From the NCBI GenBank assembly GCA_964016885.1, contig OZ024741.1:151528001-151592000 (forward strand): a stretch of DNA of 64,000 nucleotides, written 5' to 3'. The notes beneath the pieces are model-generated. The model was given only the letters and a program-made list of their open reading frames with translations. It was not told the DNA's origin and did not search any database. Source of the stretch: Eledone cirrhosa (taxonomy: Eukaryota). A program made the translations under genes and the position numbers. Shown in pieces: positions 27,975 through 44,873 of the stretch (position 1 is its first letter; each line of letters starts with the position of its first letter).

Positions 27975-28589
27975 AATATATATATGTATGCATATTTATA
28001 TATATATACATACATATATATATATATATGTATATATAAACATGTGTATGTGTCAGTATGCGTATATGATATATATGTATATATACATATATTGAAAAAA
28101 ACGTTTTAAAATTATATAGATTTTAAATCGCTCTCCCTCTATCGATAGGTATGTATGTATGTATGTATGTATGCATGTATGAATGTATGTATGTAAGTAT
28201 GTATGTATGTATGTATGTATGTATGTATGTATGTATGTATGTATGTGTGTGTGTATGTATGTAAGTATGTATGTATGTAAGTATGTATGTATGTAAGTAT
28301 GTATGTATGTGTATCAAAAGACATTTGTAAACAACGATGTGTTATCTGTTATATAAATAAAATGAATCTTTAAAAAAAATATATATACTAGCAGATTTGA
28401 TTATTCGAAAGATTGAATACTATGTTACATTGAACTTTTCAAGTAATCGCTCGGAATTTGTGAGGGATTCTTTTTCTAATAAACTTCTTATGCTTGTTTT
28501 TGCATCGAATAAAAGTTGCGCGTATCCATGGAGTAGTATACATATATTAAATATATATTATATTTTGGTAATATTATATAACTCTTGCG

Positions 28590-28662
<73 letters not shown>

Positions 28663-28668
<6 letters not shown>

Positions 28669-28982
28669 AAAGAATAGAGGTGTAACACACGAGTTGTGTT
28701 ATATTAGTAAAAGGAAAGAAAATGTTGACAAATTTTTCCCAGTGAAAAATAGTTTAATTAGGAATAAGTAAAAATTAGTAATAAGCATTGGTTAGTATTC
28801 AGTTTTAGTTTTAAGTTTTAAGTTTTTACCGGTTGCGCATTTCTAATGCTTGTCAACCGGTAAAAACTTAATACTTAAAACTAAAACTGAATACTAACCA
28901 ATGCTTATTACTAATTTTTATTTATTCCTAATTAAACTATTTTTCACTGGGAAAGATTTGTCAGCATTTTCTTTTCCTTTTA

Positions 28983-28989
<7 letters not shown>
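28663..28989. mobile_element. Fold-back of a Neptune-type PLE 3' end (same family as 37725-37950)
   Basis: Arms 28701-28835 and ~28854-28989. The centre lies at a UUGACAA-gcat..atgc-GCAA-CCGG-UA motif on the minus strand. Confidence 0.8.
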
Positions 28990-29025
<36 letters not shown>

Positions 29026-29031
29026 TAATAA

Positions 29032-29414
<383 letters not shown>

Positions 29415-29430
29415 ATATATAAAAATATAT

Positions 29431-29462
<32 letters not shown>

Positions 29463-29814
29463 TCAAACATATCGATTCATCTGAGGAAACCGTTCTCATA
29501 GTCAACAGCAAATGCATGAAAGACATCTCGATTGCATGGAGAACCGAAGAAATAAATTAAATTAAATTAAGGGTGTCCTGTCAGAGAGACCTACGCCATA
29601 TCCACTGTAGAATATGCTCCAAGATTCCAATGAATAGATCCGAGCATTTTATATCAACTAGAAATTGATTGACATATATATATATATTTGATGGTGAAAT
29701 ATATTTCTTTAATGAAATATATACAAGGAAGATTAATCCATTTATAAAGTATCTATTTTTAAAGTTCTAGTTAAACTTTAATTACTTACCTACATAGCTA
29801 TGTGTGCTTACACA

Positions 29815-30163
29815 CTTGTTTGAAGAACTTTGTAACGCGAACTGGCGCGAAATCTATTATACTTATTGACCAACCAATCACATTAATTCTCTAAAAACCT
29901 GGCGTTTCGAACCACTTTTTTTCCATATAAAACAAGTAACATTCAAAGACCAACCAGATGTGAGAAAAACCACAGACCCTCCATCTCAACTCTACTTTTG
30001 AAAAGCAGAAGAACTGCGAAACCGGTAAAGGAACCAAATAAATATAGATATATTTTTTAAAAATAAGACTCCAGTTGCATTTTCGATTTCATCTTTTTTC
30101 TTTATACTTTCACTCGTGTAGGACACCTCGGTAATTTTTCATTTTGTAAAATAAAAACCTCAC

Positions 30164-30170
<7 letters not shown>
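29815..30170 (+). mobile_element. Solo 3' end (pLTR) of the Neptune-type PLE, with U3-A8 HHR motif at 29995-30030
   Basis: Closely similar to 54088-54437; ctt-UUGAAAA-gcag(aagaa)ctgc-GAAA-CCGG-UA-aag. Confidence 0.8.
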
Positions 30171-30250
<80 letters not shown>

Positions 30251-30258
<8 letters not shown>

Positions 30259-30490
30259 TAACAGATTAAAGTTTAAGCAAAGAATCGCTGCTTTCACCCT
30301 TAACGGGATCTTCTGAAACTAACCTGGTTAGTTTCAGAAGATCCCGTTAAGGATGAAAGCAGCGATTCTTTGCTTAAAATTTAATCTGTTATTTTAATAA
30401 ATATTTGCTCTACGGTTCTTATATATTTGATATATATTTATCCTTATCGAGCCTTCTTTGGATTTTAGTCTCCAAATTTATTATTATTAC
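30251..30490. mobile_element. Fold-back mini-element (30251-30399) with degenerate HHR-like core and tail
   Basis: Centre AACTAACC-T-GGTTAGTT; CAGAAGA-tccc..gg(a/g)t-GAAA. The tail is also present at 14195-14290. Confidence 0.7.
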
Positions 30491-30499
30491 TATTATTAT

Positions 30500-30538
<39 letters not shown>

Positions 30539-30561
30539 CATATACACACACACACACACAT

Positions 30562-30645
<84 letters not shown>

Positions 30646-31327
30646 TATATACATACATTGGGTGAGTGTGAAATACCAAAGGTCATTATTGAAAGTCTCT
30701 GGATTTTGCAATTTTTTCCGCAAATTTTTGATTGCAGTTTTGTTTCCACTTATGTATTTTTTGAAAATGTTATTTATACATTATAAAAATTAAATGATGG
30801 CGTTCTATATGTAGGTGGGCCCCATCTATCACTTGGCAACCAATATTTTTCGATCCAGTCTGACACTGTTTATATTTATATATATAAAAATATATATATA
30901 TATGATAATGAGGATAAGGGAGTTTCAATTCTCTGGGAACAGGGATAATAACGACAAATTGAACAATTGAACACGGACAATAACCTTGTGATAATATAAA
31001 GCTATGTATATATTTATGTACATATATATATATATACATATATATACATATATAGATATATAGATAGATAAATATACACGAGTGTGTATGATTGTGTATA
31101 GAAGATTATATTAATAAAAGGAATTCCAACTTTGTCTGATTTACTCGTTTTATTTACAATCCTTTAAAATTCATAATGAAATAGTATGGTAGAATATTAA
31201 ATGTTAAGTATTAATTGAACAAGTACTTTCATGCTTTCGCAATCTTCTGGTTCATAATGTGTGGTGACAGTCAAGTTTGCAATTTTCAACAATTGAAAAT
31301 TGCAAACTTGACTGTTACCACACATTA

Positions 31328-31366
31328 TGAACCTGAAGAATGCGAAAGCATGAAAGTACTTGTTCA
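31328..31366 (+). ncRNA. Minimal type I hammerhead ribozyme (mirror at 31216-31254 with U4A change)
   Basis: tgaac-CUGAAGA-atgc(gaaa)gcat-GAAA-GUAC-UU-gttca. Confidence 0.8.
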
Positions 31367-31474
31367 ATTAACACTTAACATTCAATATTCTACCATACTA
31401 TTTCATTATAATGCCATTATAAATTTTAAAGGATTGTAAATAAAACGAGTAAATCAAAGTTGGAATTCCTTTTA

Positions 31475-31509
<35 letters not shown>

Positions 31510-31536
31510 GTACACACACATATGTATATATATATA

Positions 31537-31639
<103 letters not shown>

Positions 31640-32664
31640 TCAGGTTATCAATAATGTAGTGATAATATATCGTTACGTTAGAGATGAACAGCGTACGTGC
31701 AGGTTTGCTCAACGAGTATAAATTATATTCCGGAGAAATGTAGAAAGGATGAATATAAAATGAAAGTGCTTTTGTTAAAAAAGGAATTTATTAGGTATTG
31801 ACATATGTTTCTGTAACAGACCGAATACCTATGTATCGCTGCTTGCGTAATCATATAATGTTAGCAAGTATTCGATAGCAAATGTATAATCAGTTGTCAC
31901 TTCTTCAGAGATTTTGGATAAACTGGATAAAATCAGAAAAATTGAAGTATTTATATTAGTAAAAGAGAAAGGAACAGAGGGGATAGAATATGACAGATGG
32001 TAAAATAAGTTACTGCTAAACAAGTATATAATGGGTTTTTAATGAGAATACCATGAGTAAATCTAAATAAGAATTTTGGGAGTGCCAATTTTAATCTCTA
32101 CTTGACCAACTGGACAGTGGACAGGGCTGGTCATTTGGTGCAGTAGTATTAATTATAAAGTGTCAATTGGGGAAGGGGGAGATTTCGATTGCTACTAAAT
32201 AACATCAATGCTAGTATCCAGCTGGTATATGCACTAGGGAATTGAATCAAGAAATCAGAAATCTCATTTTATCTATAGCAGTTTGTATTAAAAGGTAAAT
32301 AATAGAAGAGTTGATAGAATTAAGACTAATAAAGAATGTTCATATCTATTTTGACAATCAAACGGGGATAGAGACAGGCGTTCAATCCTGGTAGTATTTA
32401 TAATATGAAAATGTAGATTTTAAGCGATGGTTACAGTATAACGATCGCTCTATTCTGTTATTTAATAAAATGTTTTTGGATTTCATAATACAAAATAATT
32501 CTACATTACATAATTTACAAAATTCCTGTCCATTGGGATATGGGGGGGCAGTCGCTATTATATCCCATTTTAGGTGAAATTGTTGGTTATTTTCACGCAG
32601 CTGCCAAGCCTTGTCTGCGAGTGTTGTTACATAACGCTGGTTTTCATGAAAACCAGCGTTATGT

Positions 32665-32669
<5 letters not shown>
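31640..32669 (-). mobile_element. 5'-truncated Penelope/Poseidon-type PLE (GIY-YIG C-terminus plus 3' UTR)
   Basis: TTLADKAWQLRE..KWDII...CKLCNVE...LLNNRIE...CNHR. Perfect hairpin at the 5' junction. Eroded HHR (aggtatt...GAAA-CAUAUG-UC-aatacct) at ~31793-31830. Confidence 0.75.
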
Positions 32670-32704
<35 letters not shown>

Positions 32705-33024
32705 TTTTATGATATTAGCACAAGGTTATTTTTCGTGTTCAATTTGTCATTATCATCCCTGTCCCCAAAGAATTGAAACTCCTTTATCCTCATTATCATC
32801 TTTATCCTCATCACAATCATCATCAACATACTCTCCATTCCCATCGTCCTAAACATCGCCATTATCTCGTTTTTCTTTTAATGTTGCCGTTTTTGTTATG
32901 TTTTTTTTTTGTTGAAGTTTAATATTGCTTTTATATGATGTTGATGTTGATATTGTTTGATCAGAACAAAAGAGAACGTTAATCTATTTTCCCTTTTTCT
33001 CAACCGTACAATTGATGTTATTTA

Positions 33025-33176
33025 AATAATTGTTTCTACTTTTGGCACAAAGCCAGCAAATTAGTGCATTATTGGTACTTTATTTTATCGATCCCGTAAG
33101 GATGAAAGGCAAAGTTAACCTCGGTGGGATTTGAACTCAGACCATAAATGGTCGTAACTCTATGCTGCAAATCATG
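33025..33176 (-). mobile_element. SINE family A, part of an inverted duplicate of 18866-19325
   Basis: SINE plus the adjacent unique sequence 32705-33024 mirrors 19031-19325. Confidence 0.75.
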
Positions 33177-33328
33177 CTCGGATCTGTTCATTGGAATCTT
33201 GGAGCATATTCTACAGTGGATATGCCCATGTCTCTCTGACATGACACCCTCAATTTAATTTAATTTTGGATATATATATATATATATAATAATCTCTCTA
33301 TCTCCATATATATATCTATACATATATA

Positions 33329-33386
<58 letters not shown>

Positions 33387-33465
33387 GAAAGAGAGAGATT
33401 TATATATATATATTTATTTGAATATGTGTTGGTTCTACACATACGCAAATACTGTTCTAGTTCTA

Positions 33466-33523
33466 GCTGCCTGATGAGGTCATAACTGATGATTAATGGT
33501 TATCGCCGAATATATATTGCAGC
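33466..33523 (+). ncRNA. Hammerhead motif, slightly degenerate
   Basis: gctgc-CUGAUGA-gg..ataac...gttat..cc-GAA-UAUAUA-UU-gcagc (one A of GAAA missing). Confidence 0.5.
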
Positions 33524-33660
33524 GAATATGAATAAACGAAGTTAATTATAACCTATTGACTTACACTTCTCGTTTATATATATACTTATATATACATACA
33601 TACACACGTACATACATACACACATACATACATATATTCATACATACATACATACATACA

Positions 33661-33694
<34 letters not shown>

Positions 33695-33825
33695 CATAAA
33701 TACATACATACATACATATTGGCAACATTTTGTGAAATTGTAAAGCCAGGAGAACATACAAACATACATACATACTTAAATACATATATACACACAGGCT
33801 GAAAAATAAAACTATGAGAATAAAC

Positions 33826-33958
<133 letters not shown>

Positions 33959-34277
33959 CGTGTGCGTGTGTGTTTTATACAGCAATATACTTTTAATTTC
34001 CTTTATATATATCTGATGGATTATTTATATACTGAGTAATTGATAGAAAAAAAAATGTCGCTACACTTAACAATAACTTGGCATCCATCTTGTTTTCTTT
34101 TAAGGCTTAAAATGAAGAAGGATGTTTTTAGTGTATATTTTTCGATTATTTGCTTGATTTTATTTGATTTTCTCTCGAGAAAAAAATACATACAACATCG
34201 GAAAAATAATTTAATCTTGTATTACGTACTTCAGGACAGTTTCGATGTTCGTCTCATCCTAAATAACTGATCTGATA

Positions 34278-34334
<57 letters not shown>

Positions 34335-34461
34335 AAGAAGAAGAAGAAGAAGAAGAAGAAGAAGAAGAAGAAGAAGAAGAAGAAGAAGAAGAAGAAGAAG
34401 AAGAAGAAGAAGAAGAAGAAGAAGAAGAAGAAGAAGAAGAAGAAGAAGAAGAAGAAGAAGA
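34278..34461 (+). repeat. (TAG)n(AAG)n compound microsatellite
   Basis: Direct reading. Confidence 0.95.
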
Positions 34462-34518
34462 AAAGAGCATGGTTTTTCTACACACACACTGACACATATA
34501 TATATATACATATATATA

Positions 34519-35210
34519 TACTAGCAAATGACCCCCGTCCATTGGACGGTGTCAGTTCTTGGTAGGGCTGCAATGTTAATGGTCAATTTCCGTGTTGTAT
34601 GTTTAACTTGGAGGATAATTTTACCTGATCAACTCTTTCAATAAAAAAAAATGAGACGGTATTCAAAAAGAGCAAGTTTTATTTACAGATATGTGTCATT
34701 AAAATGTGAACATAGAGAAATGTATCGTTAGCCGTGTCGGTTGAACAATGTGTATTTTAAAACATCCATCATGTACACACACACACACAGACACACATAC
34801 ACACACAAACATACACACACATACACACACAAACATACACACACATACACACAAACACACACACATACACACACACACATACGCACACTATCCCAAGACG
34901 TGACGTTGTGGAGGGGGGAGAGTTAAGAAGTGTAATAAATAAGTTAAAATTATAAACGCTGTATTTATCATATTCGCATCACACACGCTCCTCGCTTTCT
35001 TTATTTTACTCTCTCTCTCTCACTCCTCTCTTTCTATCTCCCTCTCACACATCCTTCTCTCTCTGGCCGTTATGGAAATTACACACACACACACACACAC
35101 ATGCACGCACACATACACACACAAACATACACAGACATATACACACGCACATACACATACAATCCCATAACGTCGTGTTGTGGAAGGGGGAGAGTTAAGA
35201 AGTGTGTACA
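34519..35210 (+). mobile_element. Possible non-autonomous Helitron/Helentron-type element fragment
   Basis: Starts TACTAGCAAATGACCCCCGTCCATTGGACGG (ACTAG start plus a small hairpin). Internal duplicated block at ~34890 and ~35164. Confidence 0.35.
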
Positions 35211-37950
<2,740 letters not shown>

Positions 37951-38317
37951 AATATATATATATATATATACGATGTTAAATAAATGGAAATTATATTTAT
38001 AAAACCATATTTATTTCATTATATATATTTCAGGGATATCATATTAAAAATATGTTATGCCTTCTTCAGACAAAATACAATATAAACAGTCTTATAAATA
38101 GATAGATTCGACATACCTTTCAACTTCGACTTGCATTTGAAAAGTTGATTTGGTAGTGAAAAATATTATGGACAGTTATAAAAAGAAAGAAAGAAAAACG
38201 AAGAAAAAGAAGAAATGCATGCAACTAAATAGAGAGAGATAGATAGAGAGAAGAAATTCATGTAAAGAAACAGAGAGAGATATATATAGAGAGGGAAAAA
38301 CACAGAGGGAGATAGAT

Positions 38318-38355
<38 letters not shown>

Positions 38356-40461
38356 AAATATAGAGAGATATATATAGATAGAGATAGAGAGAAAGAAAAT
38401 AGGTAGTTGGGCACCAGTTGAATGACGTATCAATGATATATTTATTTATTTATTTATTTATTTAGCTCTAGTATTAATGTAGAGAGAGATATATGTGGTT
38501 AGGAGAGAAAACAGCCGTTACATAGAGAGAAAAGAAAAATATCCAGACATAAACGAGGCAGATTTAAAACACTATGTTTCATCAATGTAAAAATATCAAT
38601 TCGTATAAATCAGGCATTATAATGTAAATATCAGTATTCATGAATGAGACACGTATCAATAATGTGTGAAAAATAATGATCATATGTCTAGTTTAAAATT
38701 CCTAGGTTTATATCAGAGTTGAGTTAAATAGAAGGTTATAGACATCCATGTGAATTTACGTGATCAGCTCTGCAAATTCCTATTTCACACGAAAACATTC
38801 TCATTGTGCTATAAAAATTCCAGTATACATATATGTGTACATACACACAAATATATATAGAGTCTACATTAATTTTAACAATACTATTCTTGTCTTTACT
38901 CTACATGATTATCGTTCAAGCATAAATAGAGAACAGATATCAATATATCAATAAAAATATCAGAAACAAAAAATAAACAAAAAAACAAAAAAATATTAAA
39001 AATAAAAATATTAAAAATATTAAAAATAAAAATAAAACATAGTATGCCCCGCAAATCAACCACAGAGATCAACCCTTCAAAGTTAATTGACAATATATTG
39101 CCAAGTTCGTTATAAGCATCAGAATCAAAAGCAAACAAAACCAAAAATTATTTACCAAATCCTGTGTAGCAGAAAACATTCCAAAAGTTTAGGATACCCA
39201 TTTGATCTACAGATGTTCTTATATTTAATATAGAAGTTTATCTAGTGTAAAATTTATTCGATATATTTGGAGCATCAGCTTTTAGGGTAGTTTAATTATT
39301 CATGAAGAATGTTTAAAATAAAAAAGAAATCGAAAGATTTATCGGCGAGTTTCATAAATAATTATAAATCAAACTAAATATACTACATTTTAAATTTATA
39401 TTTATATTTAAAAGTTGAGTTCAATCTATGTCTGCAGCAACTGAATAAATTTGTCCGTAAATTAAGGGAATTTTTAGATTTTAGTATAAAGAATATCTCC
39501 TCCGCGCAGAGGTCACATGTCTCAGAGGATGAATTAAAAGGAATCCCTCTTGAGACTATATTCCAAGCCGTCGAATATCCAACGTTATCATGCCTAAGTT
39601 GCCAGAGTAAGCCTGATAGCGATGTTGAAGATTTTTTGCTTGGATCTGTGAAAGAATTCTTGTGGTTATTATAGCGAAGTTTAAATTCTGTCGAGGTGGA
39701 ACCAACATAGTTAAAATAATTTAAGTCCGTTTTAACATTACAGTTGTATATTATATTTTTAACTAAGCAATTGTTATTTAACGGACATTTAGATCTATCT
39801 CTACAGTTACATTTGTTAACTTGGATATTATTTATGCTATTATCGGTATTTTGGCTAGGTTTTAAATTCCTATTATTTATTCTATTAATATTTTGTGCTA
39901 AATTTTTGGTGGATGAGTAGGTTAATTTTATAGTATGTCTATTGAAAATTGAGTGATACCTATGTGTTCTAGGGAAGCGATTATCAAGAGCATTAAAAAT
40001 ATTTTAGCGATGTGGGTTTTAATGTTTAGTGAGAAAGGGGGGGGGGGGGGCAAACCATATTATATTCCTAGTTCTATTTCTTTTTTGGCTTTTGGAATTA
40101 TTGTAATGCTTTCTATTATAGTTGTTAAAGTTGTTGCCGTAATTAAAATAGTTGTTATTTTGGTTAGTTTGTCTATTATTATCTATGTACATAATTTTAT
40201 CACTATATCCTGCTCTAGCTAACGCTTCATTGTAATACTGGGCTTTTTCGTCGAAAATTTTTTTATTAGATGAGATTCTAGAGATACGTTTTAGAACAGA
40301 GTTTACTATAGTATTTTTAACAGATCTGGGGTGGTTAGAGTTAAAGCTGACATAGTTTAAGTTTTCATTCAACTTGTGAAATGGATAGTGAAGACATGTA
40401 TTGAGATTTAATGTTACATCTATGGCTTTTGGAATTATTGTAATGCTTTCTATTATAGTTG

Positions 40462-41698
40462 ATAAAGTTGTTTTTTTAATCAATTCGCTGCATAGGAAAA
40501 TACCCGGTGCTACCGGAGGTTTATATAGAGATGACATGCTTTTACTTATTGAAAATAATAACTCTGAACTAAATAGAAAAAGAAAACAAATTACACAATT
40601 TTTTAATTACTTTAATCTAAAAATAGAAATTGAGAATAACCATAGAATAGTCAATTTCCTAGATGTAACATTAAATCTCAACACATGTCTTCACTATCCA
40701 TTTCACAAGTTGAATGAAAACTTAAACTATGTCAGCTTTAACTCTAACCACCCCAGATCTGTTAAAAATACTATAGTAAACTCTGTTCTAAAACGTATCT
40801 CTAGAATCTCATCTAATAAAAAAATTTTCGACGAAAAAGCCCAGTATTACAATGAAGCGTTAGCTAGAGCAGGATATAGTGATAAAATTATGTACATAGA
40901 TAATAATAGACAAACTAACCAAAATAACAACTATTTTAATTACGGCAACAACTTTAACAACTATAATAGAAAGCATTACAATAATTCCAAAAGCCAAAAA
41001 AGAAATAGAACTAGGAATATAATATGGTTTGCCCCCCCCCCCCCTTTCTCACTAAACATTAAAACCCACATCGCTAAACTATTTTTAATGCTCTTGATAA
41101 TCGCTTCCCTAGAACACATAGGTATCACTCAATTTTCAATAGACATACTATAAAATTAACCTACTCATCCACCAAAAATTTAGCACAAAATATTAATAGA
41201 ATAAATAATAGGAATTTAAAACCTAGCCAAAATACCGATAATAGCATAAATAATATCCAAGTTAACAAATGTAACTGTAGAGATAGATCTAAATGTCCGT
41301 TAAATAACAATTGCTTAGTTAAAAATATAATATACAACTGTAATGTTAAAACGGACTTAAATTATTTTAACTATGTTGGTTCCACCTCGACAGAATTTAA
41401 ACTTCGCTATAATAACCACAAGAATTCTTTCACAGATCCAAGCAAAAAATCTTCAACATCGCTATCAGGCTTACTCTGGCAACTTAGGCATGATAACGTT
41501 GGATATTCGACGGCTTGGAATATAGTCTCAAGAGGGATTCCTTTTAATTCATCCTCTGAGACATGTGACCTCTGCGCGGAGGAGATATTCTTTATACTAA
41601 AATCTAAAAATTCCCTTAATTTACGGACAAATTTATTCAGTTGCTGCAGACATAGATTGAACTCAACTTTTAAATATAAATATAAATTTAAAATGTAG
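40462..41698 (+). pseudogene. Penelope/Poseidon-type PLE ORF, 5'-truncated (RT C-terminus, thumb, GIY-YIG); mirror on - strand at ~39385-40422
   Basis: GLYRDDML, VNFLDVTLNL, YVSFNSNHP, IIWFAPP, CNCRDRSKCPLNNNCL..IIY...YVGST..FKLRYNNH...CDLCAEE...CCRHR. Frameshift near the poly-C at ~41040. Confidence 0.85.
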
Positions 41699-42723
41699 TA
41701 TATTTAGTTTGATTTATAATTATTTATGAAACTCGCCGATAAATCTTTCGATTTTTTTTATTTTAAACATTCTTCATGAATAATTAAACTACCCTAAAAG
41801 CTGATGCTCCAAATATATCGAATAAATTTTACACTAGATAAACTTCTATATTAAATATAAGAACATCTGTAGATCAAATGGGTATCCTAAACTTTTGGAA
41901 TGTTTTCTGCTACACAGGATTTGGTAAATAATTTTTGGTTTTGTTTGCTTTTGATTCTGATGCTTATAACGAACTTGGCAATATATTGTCAATTAACTTT
42001 GAAGGGTTGATCTCTGTGGTTGATTTGCGGGGCATACTATGTTTTATTTTTATTTTTAATATTTTTAATATTTTTATTTTTAATATTTTTTTGTTTTTTT
42101 GTTTATTTTTTGTTTCTGATATTTTTATTGATATATTGATATCTGTTCTCTATTTATGCTTGAACGATAATCATGTAGAGTAAAGACAAGAATAGTATTG
42201 TTAAAATTAATGTAGACTCTATATATATTTGTGTGTATGTACACATATATGTATACTGGAATTTTTATAGCACAATGAGAATGTTTTCGTGTGAAATAGG
42301 AATTTGCAGAGCTGATCACGTAAATTCACATGGATGTCTATAACCTTCTATTTAACTCAACTCTGATATAAACCTAGGAATTTTAAACTAGACATATGAT
42401 CAATATTTTTCACACATTATTGATACGTGTCTCATTCATGAATACTGATATTTACATTATAATGCCTGATTTATACGAATTGATATTTTTACATTGATGA
42501 AACATAGTGTTTTAAATCTGCCTCGTTTATGTCTGGATATTTTTCTTTTCTCTCTATGTAACGGCTCTTTTCTCTCCTAACCACATATATCTCTCTCTAC
42601 ATTAATACTAGAGCTAAATAAATAAATAAATAAATAAATATATCATTGATACGTCATTCAACTGGTGCCCAACTACCTATTTTCTTTCTCTCTATCTCTA
42701 TCTATATATATCTCTCTATATTT

Positions 42724-42759
<36 letters not shown>

Positions 42760-42992
42760 ATCTATCTCCCTCTGTGTTTTTTCCTCTCTATATATATCTC
42801 TCTCTGTTTCTTTACATGAATTTCTTCTCTCTATCTATCTCTCTCTATTTAGTTGCATGCATTTCTTCTTTTTCTTCGTTTTTCTTTCTTTCTTTTTATA
42901 ACTGTCCATAATATTTTTCACTACCAAATCAACTTTTCAAATGCAAGTCGAAGTTGAAAGGTATGTCGAATCTATCTATTTATAAGACTGTT

Positions 42993-43071
42993 TATATTGT
43001 ATTTTGTCTGAAGAAGGCATAACATATTTTTAATATGATATCCCTGAAATATATATAATGAAATAATTATG
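42993..43071 (+). ncRNA. Type I hammerhead ribozyme (mirror on - strand at 38006-38084)
   Basis: tattttgt-CUGAAGA-agg.at..catatt/aatatg.tat.cct-GAAA-UAUAUA-UA-atgaaata. Same family as 12758. Confidence 0.7.
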
Positions 43072-43951
43072 GTTTTATAAATATAATTTCCATTTATTTA
43101 ATATCGTATATATATATATATATATATATTTTTAAAATAGAGGTGTAACACACGAGTTGTGATATATTAGTAAAAGGAAAAGAAAATGCTGACAAATTTG
43201 TCCCAGTGAAAAATAGTTTAATTAGGAATAAGAATAAATTACTAATAAGTATTGGTTAGTATTCAGTTTTAGTTTTAAGATTTTACCGGTTGCGCATTTC
43301 TAATGCTTTTCAAAAATAATTTTGAGATAGGGCGTTCGTGATGTTTGCTCTAATTTGATCAGTTTTGAAAATTCTTCCTGTTTTATGTGAAAAAAGTGGC
43401 TCCAGAGGTATTAAGATTTGGTTGGTTGTTGAATGTCACGTGAATGAGTACTATTAATTGCGCACCAATCTGTGTTTCAAACATTCTTGTAATCAAAACA
43501 ATTTTGATTTGTCGGTAGAGGTCACGTGAATGTAAAAAATTGATTTTGCGCCAAAGGTAGGTTTGTCGAAGAGTGTCCTTTTTCACCTGATTGAGAAGTC
43601 ACTGAAAAATAAGTTTATTAAGACAAATATGTGTGTGTGTGTGTAGTAAAGGGGTTCATTGTTGTGATAATGGTCAGTAGGGATGTGTGTGAATTGCAGT
43701 CATGTTGAAAGGTCAACAATTCAGGTGGCTATTGAGATAAATATGTGTGTGTGTGTGTGTGTGTGTAGCAGAGTGGTTCTTGGTAGAGGAAATAAATTCG
43801 GTCAGTAGGAATGTGTGTGTACGTGTCTGGGGGATATTTTAACATGTTGAAAGAATTTTTCAGCTCTTGTCTTATACGGAGAAGTGTGTGTGTGTATGTG
43901 TGCGTGTGTGTATGTCCGTTTGTATGTTAGTGTACGCGTGTGTATGTGTGT

Positions 43952-44008
<57 letters not shown>

Positions 44009-44019
44009 TGTGTGTGTGT

Positions 44020-44099
<80 letters not shown>

Positions 44100-44793
44100 A
44101 TAGACCAGTATTTTTGTGATACTGGTAAAAATGGTGTACGTTATCGATATTTTCAGTAATTTGCAAAAACGATTCTCTCAAAAGAACATCAAAAACATTA
44201 ATAATAAAAGGGGTGAAATGATGTATAGTATTGTCATAACACCAAGGTGTGTGTGAATCCAGATTGTACGTACTGCAAGGGGAATCCATTAGGCCCTGCC
44301 GTATGGGAATACTTGTGTACAAATATGTATGTGCCCATCAGTGTGCAATGCATGTGTGCGTATATGTATGTTTGTGTGTCGGCACGTTTATATCTATAAA
44401 CATCAAAAGGTATGCAAATTTGTGTATATTTGTGTTGCACCGTAGAACATGTTTGTTTACGTATGTCATTGTTTTTATATGTGGATAGAAATGTATGTAG
44501 GATGTATGCTGCTGTAGGTATGTATGTTGACGTGTGTTGGTTGTGGGTTTGTCTTAGGGAGAAGTGTTTAGATGGGGTCCGTATTTGTTAATAAAATGAG
44601 ATTCCTTGCTGGTGCGCTGGGTGTAGGTGGCATTATCTTTAAATATGTAGAGGGGAAACATTCCAAAGTTGGGATGATTTGGGACAGCACAGGTATCAAT
44701 GTGTTCACTCAGTGGTATTTTTCTGTATTCCCGTATTTTAATTTGGGATCTATGGACAGTCATGCGTTGGTGGAGGCTGTTTTTTGTCTGGCC

Positions 44794-44871
<78 letters not shown>

Positions 44872-44873
<2 letters not shown>

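Noticed and set aside
40019-40537. 172-aa minus-strand ORF as a separate gene
   Set aside because: It is a chimera of the mirrored PLE arm and the palindrome spacer.
42462-42525. HHR in the 3' UTR of the central PLE
   Set aside because: GAAA-CA(uag)UG-UU and plausible stems are present, but the CUGANGA core is unrecognisable (TATACGA). At best a decayed remnant.
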